Sequence record: NC_019423.1
From: Escherichia phage IME11
Length of the DNA stretch: 64,000 bases
Strand: one strand, 5' to 3'
A model generated the notes under the pieces. That model searched no databases, was not told the origin of the DNA, and saw only the letters and a list, made by a program, of their open reading frames with translations. The position numbers and the translations under genes were made by a program. The stretch's first letter is position 1; the number at the start of each line of letters is the position of its first letter. Positions 40,683-50,186 of the stretch are shown piece by piece.

Positions 40683-40925
40683 TTACTCTGCTTTACTGCC
40701 ACCATTGGTTTGAACAACAGTTACATTTGTAACCTGGTTCTGACCTTTGTTGGACAGTGCCCAAATAAGTGCTACTACCCAGAAGACTAAAGACCAGCCT
40801 AATACGATATTAAGCACACCAATGCCCCACTTAGAGGCATGGCCTCGTGTAAAAGCGATGATAGTAGGGATAAGGTATACAGCTAATACAAATAACAGAA
40901 CAAGGATTGCTGCTAAAGATTCCAT
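40683..40925 (-). CDS. superinfection immunity (Imm)-like membrane protein
   Basis: ATG at 40925 with AGGAA RBS (track start 40961 is GTG); two TM helices; YLIPTIIAFTRGH...NIVLGWSLVFWVVALIWAL resembles the Imm family. Confidence 0.5.
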   Translation of the reverse strand: MESLAAILVLLFVLAVYLIPTIIAFTRGHASKWGIGVLNIVLGWSLVFWVVALIWALSNKGQNQVTNVTVVQTNGGSKAE

Positions 40926-40998
40926 GATGGTTCCTATGTAGGGTTGAGTTAGTTTCTTCACAAATAGCCCAACTATGCTGGGCTATTTAGGCAGCTAC

Positions 40999-41208
40999 TT
41001 ACTCAGAGTCTTTGCTTGCAGGTGTAAGAGCTTTCTTCAGGTAATTGCGTACTGAACGATAGGTTTCTTTGGTTTCTATATAGTTATTATCTACAAATAT
41101 GACGCGTGCATGGTCAGACTGTGGAATCTGTTCTACTGCAATTACATTTGCAGCATTAATGGTTAAGCGTACATCTGAGGTTGCATGAGTTACTTGAAAT
41201 ACTGACAT
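40999..41208 (-). CDS. hypothetical protein
   Basis: 69-aa ORF. Confidence 0.4.
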   Translation of the reverse strand: MSVFQVTHATSDVRLTINAANVIAVEQIPQSDHARVIFVDNNYIETKETYRSVRNYLKKALTPASKDSE

Positions 41209-41217
41209 GAGTTTTCC

Positions 41218-41724
41218 TTATTTACTGCTTCTTGCAGCTACTGGTTTGTTTTCCTGGTTCTGATACTTGCCATTGTAATTAGCAGGTTCCTGAACCAGAT
41301 GAAATAATACTTGAGCTATCCCAGAACCAGCCGGGATATGCAGTTTTTTACGACCATGATAGACCAATTCGAGGGTAAGATACCCTTTCCATCCTGGTTC
41401 GATTACTGTATTAAATACGGATAATGCACGTCTTGCCCATGTAGACTTGTCGTGAACGATAGCCACACAGGATGGTGACATGTTGAACTTCTCAATTGCT
41501 GAAGCCAATGCGAATTTACCGAGATGGCGTGATACTTGATCTCCATCAACGACCTTCACCATTGGAATCAACCCAAATAAGCAATAGAAGGTAATATCTT
41601 GTTTGATGCGAATATCATAACCAGCTTCACCTAATCCATAGCTTACACCATGTTCGGATACCTTACGGTCTGGTACATCCAGCAACTGAGATGAACGATA
41701 TAGAGAATTACCATTAACAACCAT
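41218..41724 (-). CDS. dcd: dCTP deaminase (dUTPase superfamily)
   Basis: 168 aa; VSYGLGEAGYDIRI, VIEPGWKGYLTLEL and IPAGSGIAQVLFH fit Dcd-family motifs. Confidence 0.65.
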   Translation of the reverse strand: MVVNGNSLYRSSQLLDVPDRKVSEHGVSYGLGEAGYDIRIKQDITFYCLFGLIPMVKVVDGDQVSRHLGKFALASAIEKFNMSPSCVAIVHDKSTWARRALSVFNTVIEPGWKGYLTLELVYHGRKKLHIPAGSGIAQVLFHLVQEPANYNGKYQNQENKPVAARSSK

Positions 41725-42899
41725 TATTTCATTCCTTTAGGGATATGAACTACCTCCCCAAAAGGTACGGTAGCATTGGGATTATTCAGAACACACCAGA
41801 TGATAGGGATATCAAATGGTAATTCTTCCATTGGACGAACATACATATCAGAGAATATGATTGCAGCGGTTGGCTTATTCTTAATAATCCAATCTCGTAC
41901 TGGTTCAAGGTTTGTACCACCACGGCCTGTAATCTTAATCTCTTCGAAAGTATCTTCTTCAGTGATGTCTATTTCTTCCTGAATAATATCGTCGAAGGTA
42001 ATTAAGGACATCTTCTTAGGATTAAACTGGCTCTTAACATAGGCAACCTCTGAGTTAAAACGCAGAGAGTCAGCACTACTAATAGAACCAGATACATCCT
42101 CAAAGTAGGCTAAGTGTCGTAAGCGTCCTTCATCATCTTCCAGGGAAGGTAGATAAATGTCAAAGAAACGACGGTTAGGTCTGGCCCACGTATAATGTGT
42201 GTCATCAATGTCGGTAAAGAAGTTCATCAGAACTTCCTGCCAGGGAACCACTGGTTTAAGGAATTGGGTAATAACCTCTTCCATGCGACCAGCACCTTTA
42301 CCGGGCATTGTTCCACCAGCCATCTTCTGGCTCTGCATTGCACGTACTACGTTGTTGACAACAGCACCCTGGGACTGCCCCGAAGAGGGAGCTTTCATGT
42401 CGCCAGCAAGACCTGCTCCAGCACCCCCAGACGGCTTCTGCCTTTTCTGAGGGTTCTTCATCAGGTCATCGTAGATGTCTTCTTCGACCCATCCTTTATA
42501 TTGAGGGTCTTTGCAAATACCTTTATCAATGCCAGTGAACTTATAACCATCTTCCTCTAACTGAAGGTTAATGAAGTGATCACATGCCTGGTTCCAGACT
42601 TCCGGGTCACGGCTTCCACAACGGATGCCATGTAGATATGCTACATGCCAGAGTTCGTGCATTAACACTGTTTCCCTTGCATCTGGGCACATCCAGATAA
42701 AGAAATCTGGGTTGAAATGGAGTTCTATCCCATCAGTACATGCAGTGGGACAATCCTCACGTTTCCATGAGAACTTAAGACTACACAGCAATGAACCAAA
42801 AAACGCTGCACTGCGTCCTAGGAAAGCGTTGGCCTGAATACGGTCATACTCACGCAAGAGTTGTTCATCACTAAGTGTGTGCTGAGGTATCTGGTTCAT
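41724..42899 (-). CDS. VWA-domain protein with N-terminal HExxH metallopeptidase-like domain (DUF2201-type)
   Basis: ATG at 42899 lies 8 nt after the AAA gene stop (track ORF extends to 42983). HExxH in VLMHELWHVAYLHG; MIDAS-like DxSGS in YFEDVSGSIS. Confidence 0.6.
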   Translation of the reverse strand: MNQIPQHTLSDEQLLREYDRIQANAFLGRSAAFFGSLLCSLKFSWKREDCPTACTDGIELHFNPDFFIWMCPDARETVLMHELWHVAYLHGIRCGSRDPEVWNQACDHFINLQLEEDGYKFTGIDKGICKDPQYKGWVEEDIYDDLMKNPQKRQKPSGGAGAGLAGDMKAPSSGQSQGAVVNNVVRAMQSQKMAGGTMPGKGAGRMEEVITQFLKPVVPWQEVLMNFFTDIDDTHYTWARPNRRFFDIYLPSLEDDEGRLRHLAYFEDVSGSISSADSLRFNSEVAYVKSQFNPKKMSLITFDDIIQEEIDITEEDTFEEIKITGRGGTNLEPVRDWIIKNKPTAAIIFSDMYVRPMEELPFDIPIIWCVLNNPNATVPFGEVVHIPKGMK

Positions 42900-42906
42900 A
42901 GTGTGA

Positions 42907-43959
42907 TTACCCGTGAATGTAACGAGAGATATTAGCAGCAGCCTTACGCCATTCAGGAGTAGCCTGAAGATCTGGTAATGCATTGCCTACTGTACGGAAG
43001 TACAGAATCTTATGGGTGAATGTTTTAAAGCGTTCAATATACTGAAGAACATCAGCAAAGTTTTCTTCAGTAGTTTTGTTAGCCAGATGGTTAACGGTAG
43101 CCCAGCACAGGTTGTTATCTTCCGGTAGTGCACAGCCCATAGGGTCTTTAACTACCTTCTCAATCGTAATCATACGATTGTACACCTGAGTAAACTGAAC
43201 AAATTCTGTAGCTTTACCAGCAGTAACGTGACCTGCATAGTAGATAGAATCTTCATCAGGCAGAGCACCTTCTGGCAGGTTCTTGAGGTCTTTGTTAACA
43301 AAGTCCCAAGTACGAGGACAACAGAACGTTTTGTTTTTATGAGCAGGGTCGAAGTCATGTAGATAACCAGGGTTAGCATGTAAGAATGCAACCAGACGTT
43401 CATCCCATTGCTGAGGAACCATTACGTCTTCAACAAAGATGTCGAAGTTAAGTTCCATTTCAAAGTGAACCACACGAGACTGCATTGCAGTACCTAGTGG
43501 GTTAACAATGGCACGGTCGGTAGCTTTGTTACCAGCACATACAATCATCACATTAGGATGAAGTTTTTTCTGACCTGTCATACGGTCCAGAATCAGTTTG
43601 TATGCAGCAGCTACTACTTCTTTCTTAGCTGAGTTGAACTCATCAAGGAATAAGAGCCAGCCATTATACCCTTCTGGTAATTCATCCCCCTCAATAGGAA
43701 ATAAGTCAGCGAATGGGATAAATTCTGCACGGTCACCATTACGAAATGGTAAGCCAGAAAGGTCTTCCGGGGCAGAAGTAGACAGACGGTGGTCTATCAG
43801 CTTCATACCAAATTCTTCTGCAACAGAACGAATAATTGCAGATTTACCCATGCCCGGTGATGAAGTCAGGAACGGTACGTTACCTGCTCTAAGGGCACGG
43901 ATAATAAAGTTACGAGCTTGACGTGTATTACATACGGTCAAGGAGTCAATGCTTGCCAT
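42907..43959 (-). CDS. MoxR-like AAA+ ATPase
   Basis: 350 aa; Walker A SPGMGKSA, Walker B LLFLDEFN, sensor-like VCAGN; immediately upstream of the VWA partner. Confidence 0.7.
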   Translation of the reverse strand: MASIDSLTVCNTRQARNFIIRALRAGNVPFLTSSPGMGKSAIIRSVAEEFGMKLIDHRLSTSAPEDLSGLPFRNGDRAEFIPFADLFPIEGDELPEGYNGWLLFLDEFNSAKKEVVAAAYKLILDRMTGQKKLHPNVMIVCAGNKATDRAIVNPLGTAMQSRVVHFEMELNFDIFVEDVMVPQQWDERLVAFLHANPGYLHDFDPAHKNKTFCCPRTWDFVNKDLKNLPEGALPDEDSIYYAGHVTAGKATEFVQFTQVYNRMITIEKVVKDPMGCALPEDNNLCWATVNHLANKTTEENFADVLQYIERFKTFTHKILYFRTVGNALPDLQATPEWRKAAANISRYIHG

Positions 43960-43993
43960 TTACTTACTCTCCTAAAGTTAATGGAATTACTAA

Positions 43994-44323
43994 TTAAGAT
44001 TTGGTGCAGGGATATGCCTTGTGTACTGAGTACACAACAATTTGAGATGTATTCTTCAATTTGAGGATTGCAGAGTCATAAATAACTACTTTGGCAATCT
44101 TAGGCAGAATGTCTGAATACTTAATACCATCTGGAACACAGTTATCAGTGTTCTCGATGTAAGCAATCATACTGCCCATGAAGAATCCTTGTCCGAATGC
44201 ATCACGAGTGTCATCCAGGTAAGCCTGAGCACCTTCCAGAATTGGTTCTGGTTCAATTGCTTGTGCATTTGGGGCCAAAGCTATCAGTGCAGCTACGGTA
44301 AAACCTTTAAGTAAAGTTTTCAT
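43994..44323 (-). CDS. secreted/periplasmic small protein
   Basis: 109 aa; signal-peptide-like N-terminus MKTLLKGFTVAALIALAPNAQA. Confidence 0.5.
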   Translation of the reverse strand: MKTLLKGFTVAALIALAPNAQAIEPEPILEGAQAYLDDTRDAFGQGFFMGSMIAYIENTDNCVPDGIKYSDILPKIAKVVIYDSAILKLKNTSQIVVYSVHKAYPCTKS

Positions 44324-44509
44324 TTAGTTACCTTTCATTTCATTGAGATGAAGTACACCGATAGGGGTTAATGACCACCCAAGACCAGCATTGAACTGTA
44401 CTAAGCCCAGCTTCTTAAGAGACTGTGCGGTTTTGTTATTACGGTTGCTGGTGGCAGAGCCACCTTGAACCATACGAAGGAAGATTGCTTGGGACTGAGT
44501 TAATTTCAA
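44324..44509 (-). CDS. hypothetical small protein
   Basis: 61-aa ORF, tightly packed. Confidence 0.35.
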   Translation of the reverse strand: MKLTQSQAIFLRMVQGGSATSNRNNKTAQSLKKLGLVQFNAGLGWSLTPIGVLHLNEMKGN

Positions 44510-44715
44510 AGGTAATATCCTTCCAGGTTTATTGGTGTTACGAATGTACTTGCTGATAGACAGAAAGACTTACCAGTCTCTACTGCAACAGCAGCAGGTT
44601 TACCATCAGGTAGGTGAATCTTTAGACATACCGTCTGGTTATAAATAAAACCATTAGCAGGCTGCACATCACCAAAAGTTACCTCATTGTTCTCAGAACG
44701 ATTTGTTACTTTCAT
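44506..44715 (-). CDS. hypothetical small protein
   Basis: 69-aa ORF with ATGA coupling. Confidence 0.35.
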   Translation of the reverse strand: MKVTNRSENNEVTFGDVQPANGFIYNQTVCLKIHLPDGKPAAVAVETGKSFCLSASTFVTPINLEGYYL

Positions 44716-44933
44716 TTCTTCTCCGGTACGAACTGCATTACACAGTTTTGGTTACGAGGGATATTCAATTCACATTCATGCTTGAGGGTTTGTGTTACAG
44801 AGTTTGGAGTAGAACCAAAGTAGGTATTAGAAATAGCTACAAATCCTGCACCTATTAAACCACCCAGTAAGAATGAGAAAAATGCAATCTCTTTATACAT
44901 TTCCTGGCTCCAGATGTAGAAAACCCCAGTCAA
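44712..44933 (-). CDS. small single-TM membrane protein
   Basis: 73 aa with one hydrophobic helix (IAFFSFLLGGLIGAGFVAI). Confidence 0.4.
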   Translation of the reverse strand: MTGVFYIWSQEMYKEIAFFSFLLGGLIGAGFVAISNTYFGSTPNSVTQTLKHECELNIPRNQNCVMQFVPEKK

Positions 44934-44961
44934 TGCTGGGGTTTATCTATCAGTTTATGCT

Positions 44962-45222
44962 TTATAGACCGTGTGGTCGGCATAGGCTGCCCGAACCAAA
45001 GGAACGGTGTCCAAGTCGGCCCAGTATTAGATTGCTTACTTCAGCAGCAGCACGACTGAATGCTTTAAAATCAAAGGTTACAATACCGAAGAGTGGGGCT
45101 GCGATAGCAGCTGCCATGACTGGCGTCAGGTCAATCAATGACATACCCAAGATTAAGTGGGCAGCGTAGGCAATAAGGCCCATTACAGCACCACAACCGT
45201 ATCCAATAGCAATTTTACGCAT
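44962..45222 (-). CDS. small membrane protein
   Basis: 86 aa with two hydrophobic segments. Confidence 0.4.
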   Translation of the reverse strand: MRKIAIGYGCGAVMGLIAYAAHLILGMSLIDLTPVMAAAIAAPLFGIVTFDFKAFSRAAAEVSNLILGRLGHRSFGSGSLCRPHGL

Positions 45223-45282
45223 AGTTACCTTCTTAGTTAGTAGGTTGATTTACATATTTATATAACAGACAAACAATAGTCA

Positions 45283-45311
45283 AAAAAAGACCTCCCTTCA
45301 ATAGGGAGGTC
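45283..45311 (-). terminator. rho-independent terminator
   Basis: GACCTCCC-ttcaata-GGGAGGTC with A-run on plus. Confidence 0.55.
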
Positions 45312-45356
45312 AAACTTGAGGGTTTCATTTCAGGGTTTATAACCCCAAGAAAGCAA

Positions 45357-45671
45357 TCATACTTGCTTGGTTAGATAATTCAGATACTCTTCCGGGTCAT
45401 CAAAGAAATCATCTTCAGTTTCAATATACCAATCCACCCAACGGTCTTCTAAACCCATCTCCACTAGTTCTTGATCAGAGATAGTCTCATCCCACATCTC
45501 AATACCGTTAGCATTAGCATAATTGCCTTTGACATTGTTCTCATACTGAAATAGGTCATAGTCTGCTAATGCATTCTTAATCTTAACAGCTTCCTGAAGA
45601 CTATCTGTCTCTACATGAAATGCCTTCATTGGCACTTGAGGAATGTGCCATACACGCAATTTTTGTGTCAT
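45357..45671 (-). CDS. acidic hypothetical protein
   Basis: 104 aa, Asp/Glu-rich. Confidence 0.45.
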   Translation of the reverse strand: MTQKLRVWHIPQVPMKAFHVETDSLQEAVKIKNALADYDLFQYENNVKGNYANANGIEMWDETISDQELVEMGLEDRWVDWYIETEDDFFDDPEEYLNYLTKQV

Positions 45672-45737
45672 TTTTACTCTCCTATAAATACAAGAAAGCC
45701 CTCACAAGGAGGGCTATAACCACGAAAAGAAATACAC

Positions 45738-46571
45738 TTACTCTGCAACAGTAATAGCGATGGTTACATCGACAGTACCATTGGTAACTACTACAGAAGT
45801 AGCTTCACCAGCAGCCACTGGTTTAACTGTCAGCACATTACCAGCAAGGGTAGCTGTAGCACGAGCAGAATCCGGAGCAGTTTTGATAGTCAGCGTACCA
45901 GCAGAAGAACCAACAGGCATAGCAGCAATTGTTACGGTCTTACCGGCAGCGGTATCAGCAGCAACAGACAGAGCCAGTGAATCAGGAGTAGCTACCAGTG
46001 AGCTTGCTTCGTAGTAGCCTACAGCCAGCAATGAGGTATCTTCTACAGTGGTTCCATTAGCATCAGTAACAATTACTTTATAAGTACCAGCAGAAGCAGC
46101 TGTTACGTCATTAAGAGTCAATGTTGCAGTAATAGCAGATGCGTTCTCACCTGAATCAATATCAGCGAATACTGCACCAGCGGTATCAGCTTTAAATTGC
46201 CATTTATAAGTAAATGGTGCTTTACCACCTGCTACATCAACATGCCAGTTAATATCTTCACCTTCGATAGCGGAGATTACACGAGGCAGTTTGGTAGCAA
46301 TAGTCAGTCGTGGAGTTGCTTTCATATCAATAGAGATAGACTGCATATCCACGATGTTGTTAGGCCAGAAACCTGCTTCAGCAGGGTTTTTAGCAGAGCG
46401 TTTATACAGCAGATCACGTACACCGTGATAGATAACTAAGCTATCAGGGTAAGTGGCATCTGGGTGTACAAAGGTTCCTACTTCTACTGAACCACCGGGG
46501 ATAGAACCACCGGCATCCAGTACAGTTGCGACATTAGTGGTTTTGTTAAAACCTACTTTCAAAGTTGGCAT
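45738..46571 (-). CDS. Ig-like (Big-type) repeat protein
   Basis: ATG at 46571 with GAGGA RBS; Thr/Ala/Val-rich beta-strand repeats (TYKVIVTDANGTTVEDTSLLAVG, VTNGTVDVTIAITVAE) typical of bacterial Ig-like domains. Confidence 0.5.
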   Translation of the reverse strand: MPTLKVGFNKTTNVATVLDAGGSIPGGSVEVGTFVHPDATYPDSLVIYHGVRDLLYKRSAKNPAEAGFWPNNIVDMQSISIDMKATPRLTIATKLPRVISAIEGEDINWHVDVAGGKAPFTYKWQFKADTAGAVFADIDSGENASAITATLTLNDVTAASAGTYKVIVTDANGTTVEDTSLLAVGYYEASSLVATPDSLALSVAADTAAGKTVTIAAMPVGSSAGTLTIKTAPDSARATATLAGNVLTVKPVAAGEATSVVVTNGTVDVTIAITVAE

Positions 46572-46620
46572 ATCAATTTCCTCATAAGTAAATAGCAGGG
46601 TTAGTATACACGATGGGTAA

Positions 46621-46645
46621 AAATAAAAACCCACCTAGTGGTGGG
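46621..46645 (-). terminator. rho-independent terminator
   Basis: CCCACC-tagt-GGTGGG with A-run on plus. Confidence 0.55.
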
Positions 46646-46861
46646 TTAGTTGATTACACAGTAGAGAGCAAAAGCCATCCATCCTGCCATTACAAAGCAG
46701 CCAAATGAATATGCCCCATAGTAGCAATAGGCAAACTTAGACTTGTGGGCACGAACTATCGTAGCCAGAACCAGTACAGATAAAACTATCAGTATTAGCT
46801 GAAAGATTACTTCAAAATTGATTAGCATAGTTGTTACCTCCAAGCAAAAAATAAGCCTCAC
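46646..46861 (-). CDS. small membrane protein
   Basis: 71 aa with two hydrophobic helices. Confidence 0.4.
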   Translation of the reverse strand: MRLIFCLEVTTMLINFEVIFQLILIVLSVLVLATIVRAHKSKFAYCYYGAYSFGCFVMAGWMAFALYCVIN

Positions 46862-47012
46862 TCCCGAAGGAATGAGGCTAGTTTACTAACACACTTGCAC
46901 AGTCCAACCATTGTAGGAATCTACGAAGGCAATCCAGTCATCTTCTGACCAGAAGATAGAACAAACTCCTGGGGCTTTGAATCTATATAAACCTTGTCTA
47001 TAGGCTTCTTTT

Positions 47013-48230
47013 TTAACTAAGGGCATAATCAGTCTCCAGAATGTCCTGCCAGAGGCTGTCATCCAGCTTACCAGCAGAGAACTCTTGCCCCAATACCTGA
47101 GACAGGATGAAGCCCAGCAGGTCACTCTTAGCGATGTCAGACAGAATCTGATTGTACTGACGACGCAGGTCATTACCGTAGTTAGGATGGCAACGGAAGC
47201 AGTCATGCACAGTCATTACAGGGAATGGTTTCTTAGGCAGAGTGTCAATCATATCTGCTACTACCTGACGGTCTACATAAGCAATAGTACATGGGTCAAG
47301 ATAATCAATGATTGATAATGATAAGAAGCCAGATTTCTCATAGTGGCTCCATAGCTCTTGTACCTTCTCCAGATTACCTACAATCTCCCCATATTCTGAT
47401 GGACCTTCATCACAGAGTTCTCTCACAGCTTCCACTAAGTCACGGTCGAAGTTACAACGACGCAGCATCTCACGTACCACCATCCCATCAATTGAGTGAG
47501 TGATGTTAGCAGAGAGCATACGAGTCTTCTCTTCAGTACCCTGAACCATACGAGTGATGTCGAATGGCTTACCTAAGAAGTTAACAGTCTGTACTTCAGG
47601 AACCATTACCTTAATGACAGCGTGGAAGTTGTCAGGCAGTACCCATATATAACGGTTGGCATCCGGGTTACCACATTGCAGTAAGAACTTGTTCAGTGCC
47701 CAAGGACCACTTGCAACAGTTTCCATTACATTCTCAAAAGTCTTGAGACGAATACCTTCACCGAATACCTCTTTGGGCTTGGCTTCTGAGCCGTAGAATG
47801 CAGTCATAACTGCTTGCTTGGTGTCACTACGTTTAATACGGGATGCTTCACCAAGGATGTCCAGCATCTTGTGATAGATGACTGTATAAGCATCACGACG
47901 TAATGGCTTACCATTCTCTCCCATGTAGTTAACTACGTTACACAGTTCAGCAGCAGAACGGTCACCAGTCAGGCAGGCCAGTAACTGCAAGCCTGATGAT
48001 GTAGCATCCAGAGCTACGGCATAACCGATAGGCTTACCTGCTTTCATATCTTTCCATGCGTTTACACCAGCAAAGAACAGTGCAGATTCTTCAGCCTCAT
48101 CTACCAGATTAAGCAGGTTAGTTTCGTTCTCATCGAACCAAGCAATACGCTCATCCCATGTCTTCTTATCTAAGCCATAGTTATTGGCGATATCTACTTT
48201 CAGGTATTCACGAGCGGTTAACAGTTGCAT
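47013..48230 (-). CDS. T7-like RNA polymerase catalytic subunit (N4 RNAP II large-subunit-like)
   Basis: 405 aa; motif A AVALDATSSGLQ, motif B TKQAVMTAFYGSE, motif C MTVHDCF. Confidence 0.75.
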   Translation of the reverse strand: MQLLTAREYLKVDIANNYGLDKKTWDERIAWFDENETNLLNLVDEAEESALFFAGVNAWKDMKAGKPIGYAVALDATSSGLQLLACLTGDRSAAELCNVVNYMGENGKPLRRDAYTVIYHKMLDILGEASRIKRSDTKQAVMTAFYGSEAKPKEVFGEGIRLKTFENVMETVASGPWALNKFLLQCGNPDANRYIWVLPDNFHAVIKVMVPEVQTVNFLGKPFDITRMVQGTEEKTRMLSANITHSIDGMVVREMLRRCNFDRDLVEAVRELCDEGPSEYGEIVGNLEKVQELWSHYEKSGFLSLSIIDYLDPCTIAYVDRQVVADMIDTLPKKPFPVMTVHDCFRCHPNYGNDLRRQYNQILSDIAKSDLLGFILSQVLGQEFSAGKLDDSLWQDILETDYALS

Positions 48231-48287
48231 TTTATGTTCCTTTTGCTTCTTGGCTCCCCACTATGGAGAGCCTGCTTATTGGATGGA

Positions 48288-48527
48288 TTAGCCAGCATTA
48301 AATGATGCCAATACTATTCCTGGTTCCACACCTTCGGTGGCAATGCCCAGATATTCAACGTTTACTTTGTCAGGGGAAGAGCACCAAGCGGAGTATAGTT
48401 TCCATTCCCCGTCTGGGTTAATAAGGCGAGCTTCCTCTTCAGTTTTAGCCGCTACTACAGCAGAATCGTATGAATCCCATCCCGTATTTTCTTCCTGGCT
48501 AATAAGCCATAGTTTTAATCTACTCAT
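48288..48527 (-). CDS. hypothetical protein
   Basis: 79-aa ORF between the two RNAP II subunit genes. Confidence 0.4.
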   Translation of the reverse strand: MSRLKLWLISQEENTGWDSYDSAVVAAKTEEEARLINPDGEWKLYSAWCSSPDKVNVEYLGIATEGVEPGIVLASFNAG

Positions 48528-48697
48528 CGTTTACTAGCTCCTTATCTTAGATGGTTACTACGTCTGCAGTTAGTTTGTAAATTATGGTTTTACTCTTAGG
48601 GTTCTGTAGCTTGTAAAGCTTCTCAAAGTATAAGCACTTCACATATGTACCTGAGTAAATACACTCTTCATTAACCCATAGCTCATAGGAGCCAATG

Positions 48698-49516
48698 TTA
48701 GTCTTCATTTACTAACTCCTTATCAGCGAACTCCAGCACAGCTTTGTTGTAACTGGTTCCCTGATAGTTGATGTGGTAGCCACAGGCATATGTACGCCCA
48801 CGTTTGTCATATTTGTGAGCCAAGGAGAAGTTATTGCCTTCTTTGGTTACTAGCTCCATTACTTCCTTAGCTGTACGACTGTACTTCTCAAAGGCTTTAA
48901 CACGTTTCTCATAGTCCTGACGGGTTTCACCTTCTTTGGGTTTATCCATGTTAGGACGAGAGTCTTTTACGTAGTTAGCAACGTCCCAGTTAATGCAGAG
49001 ACGTTGATTATTCATACGGTTGATGTGGTCAAGACAGACGTCCATCTCATGATGGTTCTTCTTGAGGATGATGCTTCCTTTGCTTTCGTAGTAACCGGTG
49101 TCACGGTTACTCATAACAGGCTTAGGAGCACTTACGATAGGCAATGGGTACTGGAATGCTTCCAGTTCCATCTGTACATCTTCACCAATCTCATAAATAA
49201 CACCGAACTTGTCGATGGTAGGGTCATAGTTGAAGCAGTCATTCTCTGCCATCTTATACAGACAGTCAGCGATGTACTGAGCATCATCTGAGTGACTCAT
49301 GAGGGAGCCAATCATAGTTTGAATGTCAGCTCGTTTATGTAGGGCAATCTGCACCATTGCATCAATGAGCAGCTTATAATCAATTTCTAAATAGGCAGCG
49401 AATGCCTTAAAGTCAATTTCTTTGGAGTCCTCGAATTCCTTCCTCATGCGAGGCAGGAGCTGATTTTTATTGAATAGTACTTCGAGTTGCTTCTGATGTT
49501 CGATTGACGAGTACAT
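48698..49516 (-). CDS. putative RNAP II small subunit (by position and size)
   Basis: 272-aa ORF immediately downstream of hairpin promoter 49546-49564 and upstream of the catalytic subunit; assignment is by synteny. Confidence 0.45.
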   Translation of the reverse strand: MYSSIEHQKQLEVLFNKNQLLPRMRKEFEDSKEIDFKAFAAYLEIDYKLLIDAMVQIALHKRADIQTMIGSLMSHSDDAQYIADCLYKMAENDCFNYDPTIDKFGVIYEIGEDVQMELEAFQYPLPIVSAPKPVMSNRDTGYYESKGSIILKKNHHEMDVCLDHINRMNNQRLCINWDVANYVKDSRPNMDKPKEGETRQDYEKRVKAFEKYSRTAKEVMELVTKEGNNFSLAHKYDKRGRTYACGYHINYQGTSYNKAVLEFADKELVNED

Positions 49517-49545
49517 CGCTTATTCTCCTAAATGTGATTAATAAC

Positions 49546-49564
49546 CAAAAGCTGCGGAGCAGCT
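49546..49564 (-). promoter_or_regulatory. N4-type vRNAP hairpin promoter (template on plus strand, transcription leftward)
   Basis: CCAAAA-AGCTGC-GGA-GCAGCT: 6-bp stem, GGA loop; CC at 49545-49546 sits 11 nt 5' of the loop-centre G (template +1/+2, giving a GG-initiated RNA). Confidence 0.6.
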
Positions 49565-49569
49565 ATTAC

Positions 49570-49830
49570 CTAACGCTTAGTCCAAAAGGTAATACGAATA
49601 CTATTTTCATTACCAATGTAGTCGATACGTACATGCAAGCCATTACCATTAAACTCATTGCTTTTATTCTGATAAGGCCAGACTAGGCTAGTCATAGGTA
49701 TTTTAATGAAACCTGATATGTGTCCTAGTTTAGTACGGCTCTTTAATTCGTTCTGTAATGCACAATAGATATCGTGTCGTGTAAGTGCTCTGGCTCTGAC
49801 TTGAGCAGACCATAATTCTTCATAAGTCAT
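49570..49830 (-). CDS. hypothetical protein
   Basis: 86-aa ORF. Confidence 0.4.
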   Translation of the reverse strand: MTYEELWSAQVRARALTRHDIYCALQNELKSRTKLGHISGFIKIPMTSLVWPYQNKSNEFNGNGLHVRIDYIGNENSIRITFWTKR

Positions 49831-49832
49831 TA

Positions 49833-50183
49833 TTAACTCCAGTAGTTGTAAGCATCGCCTAAGTGTTTACGCCATGCTTCTGGTAACAGTACATTTCCAG
49901 TTACGTTAATGAATTGGTATGGGTCCAGATAGTCATTACTCATAACTTTGAAATCCCATTGTGGATTAGAAGATGCATAGGCAATGAAACCTTCAATGAA
50001 GCCATAGATAGCACCCTCTTTAATCCGGTTACCATAACCATCCTTTACTGGAATGGCAAAGCTATTACCATAATGACCATAGGCCATACCCCAGCGAGCA
50101 CCATGCTTCTTATATGCTAATTTGGCAGCAGCATTATTATGCTGCCCAAGTAAATTGGTAGTGAATACTAAGATTTCTTTCAT
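49833..50183 (-). CDS. hypothetical protein
   Basis: 116-aa ORF. Confidence 0.45.
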   Translation of the reverse strand: MKEILVFTTNLLGQHNNAAAKLAYKKHGARWGMAYGHYGNSFAIPVKDGYGNRIKEGAIYGFIEGFIAYASSNPQWDFKVMSNDYLDPYQFINVTGNVLLPEAWRKHLGDAYNYWS

Positions 50184-50186
50184 GAA

